From contig NC_068986.1 of NCBI RefSeq assembly GCF_001194135.2, positions 91,919,189 to 91,983,188 on the forward strand: 64,000 nt of DNA. Reading direction: 5' to 3'. Under the pieces are notes generated by a model, which worked only from the letters and a program-made list of their open reading frames with translations, did no database searches and had not been told where the DNA came from. Numbering within the stretch: the first letter of the stretch is position 1; each line of letters begins with the position of its first letter. Source of the stretch: Octopus bimaculoides. Lineage: Eukaryota. Position numbers and translations under genes: made by a program. This document shows positions 49,344 to 61,900 of this stretch, piece after piece.

Positions 49344-50069
49344 GACATGGCTGTGTGGTAAGAAGTTTGCTTCCCAACCACATGGTTCTAAGTACAGTCC
49401 CACTGTGTGGCACCTTGGGTTAGTGGCTTTCATTATACTCTCAGGCCGACCAAACCCTTGTGAGTGTATTTGGTAGAAGGATGCTGAAAGAAGCCTGTTT
49501 GTGTGTGTGTGCTGTTGTTGTTGTGTCTGTGTTTGTCCCTCAACGTTGTTTGACAACCGATGTTGGTTTGTTTGTGTCCCTGTAATTTAGGGGTTTGGTA
49601 AAAGTGATCATTTGAATAAGTACCAGGCTTAAAAAAACAAAAAGTACCTGCATTGATTTGGAAATTACTATTTTTAAATCTCACAACGTGAGATATTCAG
49701 CAACAGTACTTTGTAGTAAAGATTGTTTGCCAATATAGCATGGCAGTCCTGGCTTAGGACTAATATTGCTGTAATTTAGCCCCAGGAAACATCGTCTCCA
49801 GCTGGCTATACAACACGATCAGTGTCATTATATTTTCGAACAAGGTGGTGCTAGATTCCCTTGTTCAAAAATATAAGGACACAGATTGTGTCGTATAGCC
49901 AGCTGGAGATGATGTCTCCTGGGGCTAAATTACAGCAACATTCGTCCTAAACCAGGGCTGCCATATTATGTTGGCAAACAATATTTTACTGCCATTGATT
50001 TGTTCAACTAAAATTGTTCAAGGTAGTGCCCCAGCATGGCCACAGTATCATGACTGAAACAAGTAAAGG
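49343..50069 (+). mobile_element. S1-like SINE split by a fold-back insertion
   Basis: Head and body to about 49665; the tail (CCCCAGCATGGCCACAG...GAAACAAGTAAAG) resumes after 49990. Confidence 0.65.
49715..49990. mobile_element. Fold-back element: ~130-bp inverted arms with a ~13-nt loop
   Basis: Left arm AGTAAAGATTGTTTGCC...GAACAAGG is inverted as CCTTGTTC...GGCAAACAATATTTTACT; differences are mostly transitions. Confidence 0.85.
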
Positions 50070-51535
50070 ATATATTTATTTTAAAGAGGTACTACAGATG
50101 ATGCTGCTAATTGTTAAATGGTGAGCTCCAGATCCTTGCTCCCCCTTCCCTGGCAATAATAGCTTATTTTACGATCAAATGTTTTCTAACCATGACCCTC
50201 CCATAGAATGTATAGATGTTGTTTATGAAGGACTGAGTTTAATTACCTAAGGGTGCCATTTACAAAATTACAATTGTAGAGTGCATGCTTGCGTAGTTAA
50301 TATAATGGGTTAAAATATTTCATTTAATTAAAATTTCCTTTGCATTAAGGATAGAGAAAGGTAAGCTCAGTGTCTGAAATTTTAGGGTTGTGGGGTCCCA
50401 TTATTAATGTCGAGCTGACAACTTAAATATCACTCTCTTGGGCTGTTGTCATGAGAAAATGTATCTGGTACACTCTGTAAAATGATTGGCAAGAGGAAGG
50501 GCATCCAGCCATAAAAACCAAGCTAAAATGACACATTTAAGCAACAGACAAGAGAGCAGTGGCTTCCAGAAAGGACTTGGACTGTATCGATCCTTCTAAT
50601 CCATACCTGGAAAGCAGACATAAAATGATGATGATAATGAAGAAATGAATATATTACCTTGAGTAATAATATCAAATTTAATCTGCTCCTTGGTAAACAC
50701 TAGTAGCTTTGGAAATGTTGCAGTTTTATTAGATCTCTTCAGCTAATCATAGGAGTTTGTTAGTATTTGCTAGATACAGTGATAGAGGATCACTTTATTT
50801 ATGTATAAGAAAACATAATAGTTGAGGAAAGTGACTGAAGCGTTTACTTGATATATACATACATGTGGGTGTATGTTTGCACAATAGTGTAAATCAGAAG
50901 ATCTGAAATAAATTTTTATGTTATAAAGCATCACTGAATTAAATGAGAATGTAAACATTCTTTCTATATTATTGATGTGTACAAAAAAAAAAAAAATGAA
51001 AGGAATCTCATGATAGACTGTTTCCTAGTTTGTTGGCCATTCCTCAGAGATGTACTTGGCTTCCTTCAGTCAATGGCATAGAGCATCTGTGTATAAAGCA
51101 GTCATAAATTAGGCTAGCACCATGGTGGATACCCAAATGTGCATATCTGTGCTTTTGGCATCATGTCATCAATTAGAAAATATCCATTTAATGTTTAAAC
51201 ACATGCACGTGCACGACAAGCTTCTTTCAGTTTCTGTCTCCTAGATCCACTCACAAGGTTTTGGTTGGCCTGGGGCTTGTAGATGTGCAGTAGATGCTTC
51301 TTCAAGGGTCCACACTGTAGGACTGAATCAGAAACCATGTTGTTGGGAAACAAACTTCTTAACCATGCAGTGTTGTAAGTGTGGGGCTAAAATACAAAAC
51401 TTCATGGGTTTTTTTTCAGTCAGTGATGGTGCCTTTAAGTAGTCGCTCATTTCGTTAGACATAAGAAGCAAATTTATTTTAAATTACAACTTACAGTTGT
51501 AAAAAAGAAGACTTTGGATAATGAAATCCTAGGTA

Positions 51536-51763
51536 TTGGGTTGTCCGGAAAGTTCGTGCCCATTTATAGTTGCTTACCTTTCGACTTATTTGCCATGAAA
51601 CCACCTCAATTCTGGGAAGAGGGTATTTTCAAGTTAAAGGAAAGATGGAGACGCATTGTGCAACAAAATGGTTCATATTTGGTTGATTAAAAATGTAATG
51701 GCAAGTATTTATTGACCTTTTTCTTGCCTTTAAAAATCGGCACGAACTTTCCAGACAACCCAA
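51536..51763 (+). mobile_element. Mariner deletion derivative
   Basis: TA-TTGGGTTGTCCGGAAAGTTCGTGCC...GGCACGAACTTTCCAGACAACCCAA-TA; retains the transposase C-terminus KPPQFWEEGIFKLKERWRRIVQQNGSYLVD*. Confidence 0.88.
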
Positions 51764-51955
51764 TATAATGTTTTTTATTAAAAAAATAACATGATAGTTA
51801 CAAAAGGTTGTGTATGATTTGAGGGTGACTTGGCTGTTATTTCTAGCAGGTTGTTCGACAGAGTAGCGTATAACCTTTGTTGGCTCATTACTGTTATTGT
51901 TTCTATTCCTATGGTTGCTGAATTTATTTATTCGTGTTTTATTTGTCAAACCTAG

Positions 51956-52053
51956 AAAGAACCTGTTTCAACGACCAACATGTGAAAGATCTTGAAACGT
52001 GGATTGACGAATATACTGCTGAGTTACCTCCCCTCAAGAATTTCATTCTCCCG
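51956..52053 (+). CDS. MMAB: MMAB coding exon (98 nt; equivalent of human exon 6)
   Basis: CCTAG|AA AGA...CTC CCG|GTAATT; encodes RTCFNDQHVKDLETWIDEYTAELPPLKNFILP (human [23 protein letters not shown]). Confidence 0.95.
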
Positions 52054-52442
52054 GTAATTTTTTTTTCTTTTTCTTTTTCTTTTGTCTCTCGTCTGGTTAA
52101 CTGTAATTCATTTCTATGGCAGTGTATACGGATCTTTTTTGTTTGGCTCGCAGTTTTCAATTCTTTTAATTTTGTTCCAATTCTTTTCAAATTATCTGTG
52201 TATACTAATACTGTAAAGAGGTAGATTTTGGGCCAAACAGCTGCAGCATCATCACCATCATCATCAATACCAAAATAACGAGAAAAACTGATGATTCTAG
52301 ATCATAAAGTCCCATTCACACTGAAAAGGACAGGATGGTCACTATAGGCCTTTTTGATCGTATTTGAAATGGGGTTAAACAGCATCATCATCCTTGTCAT
52401 GTATGATGTATGCATAATTCCACATGCTTTGATTTACCAAAT

Positions 52443-52607
52443 TGTGGTGAAAGAGTACAGCAGGGTTCGCCACCATCCCCTGCCGGAGCCTCATGGAGCT
52501 TTAGGTGTTTTTGCTCAATAAACACTCACAACGCTCGGTCTGGGAATCAAAACCGCGATCTTATGACTGCAAGTCCGCTGCCCTAACCACTGGGCCATTG
52601 CGCCTCC
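52443..52607 (-). mobile_element. S3 SINE 5' half
   Basis: Reverse complement of the S3 head. Confidence 0.8.
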
Positions 52608-53818
52608 ACACTTCCACTACATAGTATGTATCTATTCATATGCCGGCATATTTTCTCAAAATACATGTACACAAACATACATATAGAGACACACAAAACA
52701 TTCTGTATTTATTTTACTCCAGTCCATCTCCTTAGTACTTGCCTTCAGTGTTGGTGTTGTTATGTGTGTATATGTAAATCTACATAAATGTATACATGTT
52801 CAACTGTGTATGTTTGTTTATATGTTAATATACATACTTATAATATCGCAGTCTGTGTGTAGTGTGTTTTGATATTTTTCTGAAAATTTTATCATCTGAG
52901 TGTGTGTGTGTGTGTGTCTTTATACATATTTCTATGTATGAACTGGATGTATTTGTATGTCTATATGTCTAAATAAGAGCATTTTATACACACCTATATA
53001 TATTTACATATNNNNNNNNNNNNNNNNNNNNNNNNNNNNNNNNNNNNNNNNNNNNNNNNNNNNNNNNNNNNNNNNNNNNNNNNNNNNNNNNNNNNNNNNN
53101 NNNNNNNNNNNNNNNNNNNNNNNNNNNNNNNNNNNNNNNNNNNNNNNNNNNNNNNNNNNNNNNNNNNNNNNNNNNNNNNNNNNNNNNNNNNNNNNNNNNN
53201 NNNNNNNNNNNNNNNNNNNNNNNNNNNNNNNNNNNNNNNNNNNNNNNNNNNNNNNNNNNNNNNNNNNNNNNNNNNNNNNNNNNNNNNNNNNNNNNNNNNN
53301 NNNNNNNNNNNNNNNNNNNNNNNNNNNNNNNNNNNNNNNNNNNNNNNNNNNNNNNNNNNNNNNNNNNNNNNNNNNNNNNNNNNNNNNNNNNNNNNNNNNN
53401 NNNNNNNNNNNNNNNNNNNNNNNNNNNNNNNNNNNNNNNNNNNNNNNNNNNNNNNNNNNNNNNNNNNNNNNNNNNNNNNNNNNNNNNNNNNNNNNNNNNN
53501 NNNNNNNNNNNNNNNNNNNNNNNNNNNNNNNNNNNNNNNNNNNNNNNNNNNNNNNNNNNNNNNNNNNNNNNNNNNNNNNNNNNNNNNNNNNNNNNNNNNN
53601 NNNNNNNNNNNNNNNNNNNNNNNNNNNNNNNNNNNNNNNNNNNNNNNNNNNNNNNNNNNNNNNNNNNNNNNNNNNTATTCTATATCCCACATAAATTTTA
53701 CAAGAATATAAATAAAAAACATAAAAAACAGACAGAGTTGGAACCCTTTTAAATAAAATAATATATTCCTCTATACACGATCATACAAAACCCTTTTTTT
53801 GTATTTATTTTTACTCAC

Positions 53819-53853
<35 letters not shown>

Positions 53854-54399
53854 TCATCATCATCATCATCATCATCATCGTTTAACGTCCGCTTTCCATG
53901 CTAGCATGGGTTGGACGATTTGACTGAGGACTGGTGAAACCGGATGGCAACACCAGGCATATACACACACACACACACATACATATGTATATGCGTGTAC
54001 AAATTTTCTTAAACATCTCCATGTTGTAATATAGCAAGTATATATGAATATACTATTCTGCATTATACATTCATGCATACATACACTCACTCACACGCAC
54101 ATGCTCACACTCATATATGTGCGTACGTACATTTATGTGTACATGTACATACACTCATACAATTGCACACAGCTTATACAACTACCTGAATACACACACA
54201 CACGCATACATACACACAGAGTTGTATAAGCTGTATGCAGTTCTGTGTTGGTCTTTAATTAACCAACCACTCAAGAACTGTCTCTGTACATTACATCTAG
54301 CAAGTACCAACTGCTGCACCAATTCTATGTAACACTACTTAAGCTGCATCAGTCTTAGATGTAGTCTGCAACTAAGTAACACTTTCATGTAAGGCTACA

Positions 54400-55400
54400 G
54401 TATAGGAAATAGTACTAGTGGTGGTGGTGGAGCATTAGTGTAAGTAATCACACTGTGTCAGTAGTTACTCTTGTAAGTATGCTTGATGCTTGCTTGTTTT
54501 GTTGTTTGTGTTGTTGTACTTGTGGTAGTTTGTCCTTAATGTTAATGGTGCTCTTGATTTGGTGGTGTTGTAGTTAATGTTATAGTGGTGATGTTGCATT
54601 TGATATTGAAGAGGGTGTTGGAGTTGTTGGTGGTAGTGATGTTGGTGTTGTGATCCAGCAGACCTATAATCATAGTTGCTATTGCCATAATCACCCCATC
54701 TTTATTTTCATTTTATCTGGCATAGTCTATCTAGGACTGCATTATACAATGTCTCCTTCCAGTTTAAAACAGTAATGTTGGGTATGAGAAAAACTGCTAT
54801 TTTTAGCAGGTTGAGTGACTATGTTAGGGCTCTTTCCTTGTTGGTCATTTTATTATTGTTGTTGCTTAATCCCCCCCCCCCGACCTTTTCTGATTGAGCA
54901 CACCTAAGGTCAAAAACATTCCAAATATGACCATCATGTCGTTGAAGAAGTATGCTGGACTCAATTATTTAATCAGTCTTTTCTTTATTTAAGATATTAG
55001 GATGTGAGTTCAAAGAGATTTGGCTGCTGTTTCTAGCATGTTGTGCTACTTCATAGAGACTCCCTATTATTGGTATTGATGGTGTTGTCAGGTGGTGGTG
55101 ATGGTGATGATGATAGTAGTAGTTGGTGATGGTGGTATTGGTGGTGTTGATGGTGGTGTTGGTGGTGTTGGTGGTGATGATTGTGGTGATGGTGGTGTAG
55201 ATGGTGTTGGTGGCAGATAATATAGTAGGTGGTGTTGGTGGCAGTGATGATGGTAGGTGGTGTTGATGGTGGTAGCTTAGGTGGTATTGGTGTTAGTAAT
55301 GATCATGGTGGTGTTGTTGGCAGTGGTTAGTGGTGGTGGTGCTGGTATTGTTGGTTCTATTGGTGTGGTTGGTGTAGAGGCAGTGTGTTGTTGTTGATGG
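54400..55400. repeat. (GGT/GAT/GTT)n-rich low-complexity region
   Basis: Degenerate trinucleotide arrays. Confidence 0.7.
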
Positions 55401-55688
55401 CCTTACTGTCATCAGTGTTGTCAATTTGCATGTGAAGTACCCAAACAGGAATAACTGTAACCGCTCGAGTTCTCCTTGGAGTACCCAGCTCTACCCAAAT
55501 ACCACACTTAACTCTGCTGATTTTGTTATATGAAGCAGTTTGGAATAAAATATATTCATGTAAAGTCATATCCAAATTGTTCAATTGCAATCAGATGTTA
55601 CAAGACTTAACGCTTCAAGAGTAGTCCTGGGAGAAAATTCTCCATCTAGACATTTTATTTTGGGCTTTGAGTAATGTCATTAGCTCAT

Positions 55689-56200
55689 TCATCATCATCA
55701 TCATCGTTTAACGTCCGCTTTCCATGCTAGCATTGGTTAGACGATTTGACTGAGGACTGGCAAACCAGATGGCTACACCAGGCTCCAATCTGATTTGGCA
55801 GAGTTTCTACAGCTGGATGCCCTTCCTAACGCCAACCACTCCGAGAGTGTAGTGGGTGCTTTTACGTGTCACCAGCATGAAGGCCAGTCAGGCGGTACTG
55901 GCAATGGCCACACTCAAAATGGTGTTTTTTTACGTGCCACCTGCACAGGAGCCAGTCCAGCAGCACTGGCAATGATCGCACTTGAATGTTTTTTCACATG
56001 CCACCGGCACAAGTGCCAGTAAGGTGACACTAGTAACAATCACGCTCAAATGGTGCTATTTACGTGCCACTGGCACGGGATCCAGACAGCTGCTCTGACA
56101 ATGATCATGCTCAGATGATGCTCTTAGCATTCCACTGGTACAGATGCCAACACGATTTCGATTTCACTTGCCCCAACAGGACCAAGGAATTCACACTCCA
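55689..56200 (-). mobile_element. Family R, long copy with several ~60-bp subrepeats
   Basis: Repeated TTACGTGCCACC...GGCAACGA units after the R signature. Confidence 0.75.
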
Positions 56201-57135
56201 GCACAAACATTCTGTCTGCTCTTTTCATAAATATATTTCTACTACCATTAAAAATGGTGACTAATTGTTGTATTTTATATAAAGATAAGGTACAAAATAA
56301 GGTACATAATAATCACAGATACAAACATTCACATACTTTCCTTGTACATGCACACATACACACATACTTACACAGAGTTGAAACACTGTTTGATTTTTCT
56401 TTTCAGCATTGATTGTTCACCATCCCACTTCCATTGCACACACACACACACAAACAAACATTCACATACCTCCCTTTTACATGCACACACATATACTCAC
56501 ACAGAGTTGAAACGCTGTTTGATTTTTTGTTTTTCACCATAGGACTTCCATCATCCCACTACCAAGTTTGCCATCACCCCTTCCTTCCTTATTCGTCTAT
56601 CATCCCTTCCTTTCTCCCTCATGTGTTGTAATGGAGAAAAACACGAGTATTATTATGGTAGATACTTAACTGGAACTCCGTCCGTTACGATGACAAGGGT
56701 TCCAGTTGATCCAGTTAACGGAACAGCCTGCTTGTGAGATTAATGTACAAGCAGTTGAGCTCTCCACAGATACGCATGCCCTTAACATAGTTCTCAGGGG
56801 GATTCAGTGTCTGACAGAGTGTGACAAGGCCGGCCCTTTGAAATACAAGTACTACTTATTTTTACCAGCTGAGTGGACTGGAGTGACATAAAATAAAGTG
56901 CCTTGCTCAAAGACACAAGGCATCACTGGGAATCAAACTCATGACCTTATGATTCATCATCATCATCATCGTCGTTTAACCTCTGCTTTCCATGCTGGCA
57001 TGGGTTGAACTGTTTGACTGAAGACTGGCAAGCCAGAAGACTGTACCAGGCTCCACTCTGATCTGGCAAGGTTTCTACAGAAACTTCAGGCCTTGTGCTT
57101 ATACTAGAAAGGATTATTATTATTATTATTATTGT

Positions 57136-57513
57136 GGAGGCTCAATGGCCCAGTGGTTAGGGCAGCGGACTTGCGGTCTAAGGATCACGGTTTCGATTTC
57201 CAGACCGGGCGTTGTGAGTATTTATTGAGAGAAAACACCTAAAGCTCCACGAGGCTCCAGCAGGGGATGGTGTCGAACCCTGCTGTACTCTTTCACCACA
57301 ACTTTCTCTCACTCTTACTTCCTGTTTCTTTTGTGCCTGTAATTCAAAGGGTCAGCCTTGTCACACTGTGTCACGCTGAATATCCCCGAGAACTACGTTA
57401 AGGGTACACGTGTCTGTGGAGTGCTCAGCCACTTGCATGTTAATTTCACAAGCATGCTGTTCCGTTGATCGGTTCAACTGGAACCCTCGATGTCGTAAGC
57501 GACGGAGTGTCAC
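57136..57513 (+). mobile_element. S3 SINE, full length
   Basis: tRNA-like head through the ...GACGGAGTG tail, flanked by (TAT)n on both sides. Confidence 0.85.
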
Positions 57514-57514
57514 C

Positions 57515-57545
<31 letters not shown>

Positions 57546-58211
57546 CATTATTATTATTATTATTATTATTATTAGTAGTAGTAGTAGTAGTATAGTAGTT
57601 GTAGTATAGTAGTAGTAGTAGTAGTAGTAGTTGTAGTTGAAATACTAGAAGTAGACATTGATATTAATTGTAGTAGTAGTAGTAGTAGTAGCAGTGTGAA
57701 AGTAGTAGTAGTTGTTGATTTTGCTGCTGTCCAAGCATTTATTAATGTTGTTCTTGTTATTAGTGTTGTTAACAATAATGTAAAGCTTGATGCAGGCGAT
57801 AATGATGGTGAAGATGATGTGGTGGTGGTGGTGATGATAGTTATGGTAATGATGGTGGTGGTGGCAATGGTAGAGATGGTAGTGATGAAGATGAAGATTC
57901 AGTTGCTGTTGAGAGAGTGTGGAGGGTGTGGCTGTATGTGCAGTCATGTAAGTATAGTGCATGTGTGCGAGGTATATGGTTTGTGTGTGCGTGTGTGTGT
58001 GTGTGAGTGTGGCATGTATACAAATGTATTTTGCACTCAGATACACAGATGCCATTTTACAGGTTACAGCAGGTTGTATTTACATGGGTGTGTAGTGTGT
58101 GTGTGTATGTGGTGTATATGTAAACGTGTTGGTGCAAACACACACACACACACACACACAAATACAGATATACATACATTCCATCATTCACATACATGCA
58201 TGGTCCTACAT

Positions 58212-58242
<31 letters not shown>

Positions 58243-58850
58243 TGCAGATATACATACATTCCATCATTCACATACATGCATGGTCCTACATGCACACACA
58301 TGCGCACTCACACACACACATGTGCACACACACATGTGCACACACACACACACACACTTAGAATCTGCATCATGGCTGCACTGTTAGAGCAGCATGCAGA
58401 CTCTTCATCTGAGCTGATCTGATTCCAAGATGTTGACAACTTTGACAGTAAGGCTTATCCACGCATGCACACACACACATCTACATGCCCCACCCACATG
58501 TCCCATCCCATCTCATCTCGACCAAACCTTGTGATGGAACCATTGCACATCAGATGTCTGCAGATTGCAAATTGGCAGTCTCTGTCTTGTTTCTATCATA
58601 CTTTTTCTTCTCCTTTTCCTTACTCTTTTGCTTACACAGACATGTATTTATACATACATACATACATACATATGCACACCCATAAATATACATATATACA
58701 CATATACCAACATGCAGTTAGGCACAGACACACAAACAGAAGCATACTACTATTTGTATGTAACACACAAACCTTTTATCTTCTTAAAGGAAACAAAACT
58801 CAATATTAAAGAAACCACATTTGCATTCACGTTTGCATATGAACATGCTG

Positions 58851-58881
<31 letters not shown>

Positions 58882-59155
58882 NNNNNNNNNNNNNNNNNNN
58901 NNNNNNNNNNNNNNNNNNNNNNNNNNNNNNNNNNNNNNNNNNNNNNNNNNNNNNNNNNNNNNNNNNNNNNNNNNNNNNNNNNNNNNNNNNNNNNNNNNNN
59001 NNNNNNNNNNNNNNNNNNNNNNNNNNNATATATATATATATTTATTTATATATATATATGTATATATAACATAAACACATGCACACCTTTACAAATGCAC
59101 ACACATATCTACTTAGTTATCTGCATGCATAGCTGCAACTATTTACAACCATGTG

Positions 59156-59194
<39 letters not shown>

Positions 59195-59219
59195 ATATAT
59201 ATATTATACTTACAACTGC

Positions 59220-59259
<40 letters not shown>

Positions 59260-59484
59260 ATTATTCTTACAACTGCATATATATATATATATACATGCAC
59301 AAGCACATGCTGACATTTATTTATATATATATATGGATATATTTATGTAGATCTATACACATCTGTATATACACATACATATAGACGCATATGCATGATA
59401 TATACACTTTTAAGACTTAAACTGTCCTCATATTCAACTTGAAACCCTGTACTACTGCTCTCAGTAGTAGTAGTGGTATTTTTT

Positions 59485-59519
<35 letters not shown>

Positions 59520-59924
59520 TGTTGCTGTAATAATGGCAGTGGTAGTATTTGTTGTTGTTGTTTAGCCCCAGGTCAGTCTCCATCAAGTAAACTTAATATA
59601 AAAAGCATTCCAGCTGTGGCCACCCTGTCTGGTTTTAACAGCACACAGCATCCAGAACTACATTGTTAGTGTTTCATTCTTCTGTTGGCTTAGATCAGTT
59701 AACTATGGCCATACTGGAGCACTACTTTCAAAGGTTTAGTTATTCACATTAACCCCACTCCCAGTACTTTATTTCATTCTTGCACTGATTTTATCAATCT
59801 CTATTTATTGCACTGCTAGGTTACAGGTTTTCAAAGATCATGATATGCACTGTGACCTTCAAGTTATAGTTTTGCTAAGATATAGTGTGAAAGTCTGAGA
59901 GGTTTTCTGAGCCACTCAGGACAT

Positions 59925-60306
59925 ATTGAGTAGAGGTATAATGAGTTAGTAAGTGTTGTTGAGTCCAGATGCAATGAGTCAGTGAGTATGCGTTGAGTGG
60001 AGGTACAACTTATCAGTCAGTATGTCCATGAAAAGAGTAATACAATGAATCGGTGAGTACAAGTCGAGTGTGGTTTAATGAGTTAATGAGTACATGTTGA
60101 GTGGAGGTGCAATTTATCAGTCAGTATGTCCATGATTAGAGTAATAAAATGAATCTGTGGTTATATGTCAAGTATGGTTCAATGAGTCTGTGAATACATG
60201 TTGAGTGGAGGTGCAATTTATCAGTCAGTATGTCCATGATAAGAGTAAAACAATGAATTGGTGAGTACATATTGAGTGTGGTTCAATGAGTTTGTGAATA
60301 TATGTT
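59925..60306. repeat. Higher-order tandem repeat: three 104-bp units built from ~33-34-bp monomers
   Basis: GAGTGGAGGT(A/G)CAA(C/T)TTATCAGTCAGTATGTCCATGA recurs at 59995, 60099 and 60203; free monomers precede it. Confidence 0.85.
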
Positions 60307-60969
60307 CTTTGTTGTATTGTACAATGTAGTCCATTTCAAGCAATTACATAGGCCATTGACCACTGAACTGGTGGCACATCCACCAAGCTAGCCCAGTGAG
60401 AAAGTTACTAGAAAGAAACTTAGTGGGATAAAGGCAAGGCCTGAGTATAATACAATGAGTCATTGAGCCTATATTGATTGGAGTTCACTGAATCATATTG
60501 ATACATGAAAGACAAGGATGTAGATAAGATCGATACTTAGTTGGCTCAATAGTTTCAGATTTAACAATAATATTTATCTGTCCAGCAGAGGGCTTAAAGC
60601 TGGAAAAATGATTGATTTTGTAGTGTGGTAGCAGTTGTCGTTATTTAGTCTAGATCAGCCATGGTTGAAATGACCTATGATCAAGAGTATTCCAGCCATG
60701 ACCATCCCATATTTTTACATATTTTATCTCAGATTACATTATTCAATATATCATGATTTTTTTTACTATGATAAACATGGTGATCAGAGGCACATGGCTT
60801 AGTGGTTAGGGTGTTGGACTCATGATCGTAAAATTGTGGTTTTGATTCCTGGACCAGGCAGTACATTGTATTGTTGAGCAAGACACTTCATTTCACATTG
60901 CGCCAATCCACTCACCTGGTAAAAATGAGTAATCCTGGGACAGACCAGGGTCCTGTCCATGGAGGTATA

Positions 60970-61290
60970 TCATCATCATCAGCATCATCATCGTTTAACG
61001 TCCGCTTTCCATGCTAGCATGGGTTGGACAATTTGACTGAGGACTGGCGAACCAGATGGCTGCACCAGGCTTCAATCTGATCTGGCAGAGTTTCTACAAC
61101 TGAATGCCCTTCCTAATGCCCACCACTCCGAGAGTGTAGTGGGTGCTTTTACGTGACACCGGCATGAGGGCCAGTCACGTGGTACTGGCAATGGCCACGC
61201 TCAAAAAGGTGTTTTTTACATGCCACCTGCACGGGAGCCAGTCCAGCAGCACTGGCAACGACCTTGCTTGAATGATTTTTTATGTATATA
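60970..61290 (-). mobile_element. Family R segment
   Basis: Homology to 13727-14080. Confidence 0.75.
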
Positions 61291-61394
61291 TTCGACCTCG
61301 CTCGAATTATTTTCTATATATGTATTTTCTATATATATAAGAAATTAACTATGTAAAAGTCAATACAAAGAGTACTTCATCCAATGAGATTTCC

Positions 61395-61679
61395 ATATTA
61401 CTAAACATTTCAACTACATGTACTTATCAAGCTACTAATAGTTTCCCATACATGCGTGCATTCATCAGGTGCCAATTGCACTTTACTCCCAAAACTTTAG
61501 TTTAATTCCTCTATTGAGTTTAATTCCTCTATTGAGTTTAATTCCTCTATTGAGTTTAATTCCGCTATTTAAACTAAAGTTTTGGGAGTATAGTGCGATT
61601 GGCACCTGATGAACATACGCATGTATGGGAAACTATTAGTTGCGCAATAAGTACATATAGTTGAAATGTTTAGTAATAT
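61395..61679. mobile_element. Fold-back element with ~110-bp arms around four 18-bp tandem units
   Basis: Arms ATATTACTAAAC...AAAACTTTAGTTTAA and its inverse; core (AGTTTAATTCCTCTATTG)x3 plus one variant at 61499-61570. Confidence 0.85.
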
Positions 61680-61684
61680 ATATA

Positions 61685-61849
61685 TATCTGTAAATAATAT
61701 GTGACAATTATTTGGTAGCCATGATAAAACTGAGTTTTGGATGTTGGGGTGGAAACCCACACCGCCATTTCTTCAGTTATCTGGCTATCGGAAAATGCAT
61801 GGAGTTTTATCATGGCTACCGAATAATTGTCACATATTATTTACAGATA
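61685..61849. mobile_element. MITE with 47-bp TIRs
   Basis: 61685-61731 versus 61803-61849, inverted with 1 mismatch; TA-rich flanks. Confidence 0.8.
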
Positions 61850-61857
61850 AATTCCTC

Positions 61858-61900
<43 letters not shown>

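Larger units (their letters stand above)
16010..52053 (+). other. MMAB: MMAB gene span (partial: one internal exon and the 3' exons are not visible)
   Basis: Spliced product: [91 protein letters not shown] [missing exon] xRTCFNDQHVKDLETWIDEYTAELPPLKNFILP. All visible introns are GT-AG. Confidence 0.92.

Noticed and set aside
1198-59074. Long ORFs in the supplied track that are filled with X, or with HT/YI/CV/VVV repeats
   Set aside because: They are artefacts of N gaps and of (CA)n, (TA)n and trinucleotide microsatellites, with no protein signal.
58139-59290. Short local duplications (~80 bp at 58139-58290; ACAACTGCATAT units at 59140-59290)
   Set aside because: They are bounded by (CA)n or (TA)n tracts and are explained by ordinary slippage or assembly error.
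61499-61570. Regular 18-bp repeats as a possible CRISPR array
   Set aside because: The units are contiguous with no unique spacers, there are no cas genes, and the context is eukaryotic.
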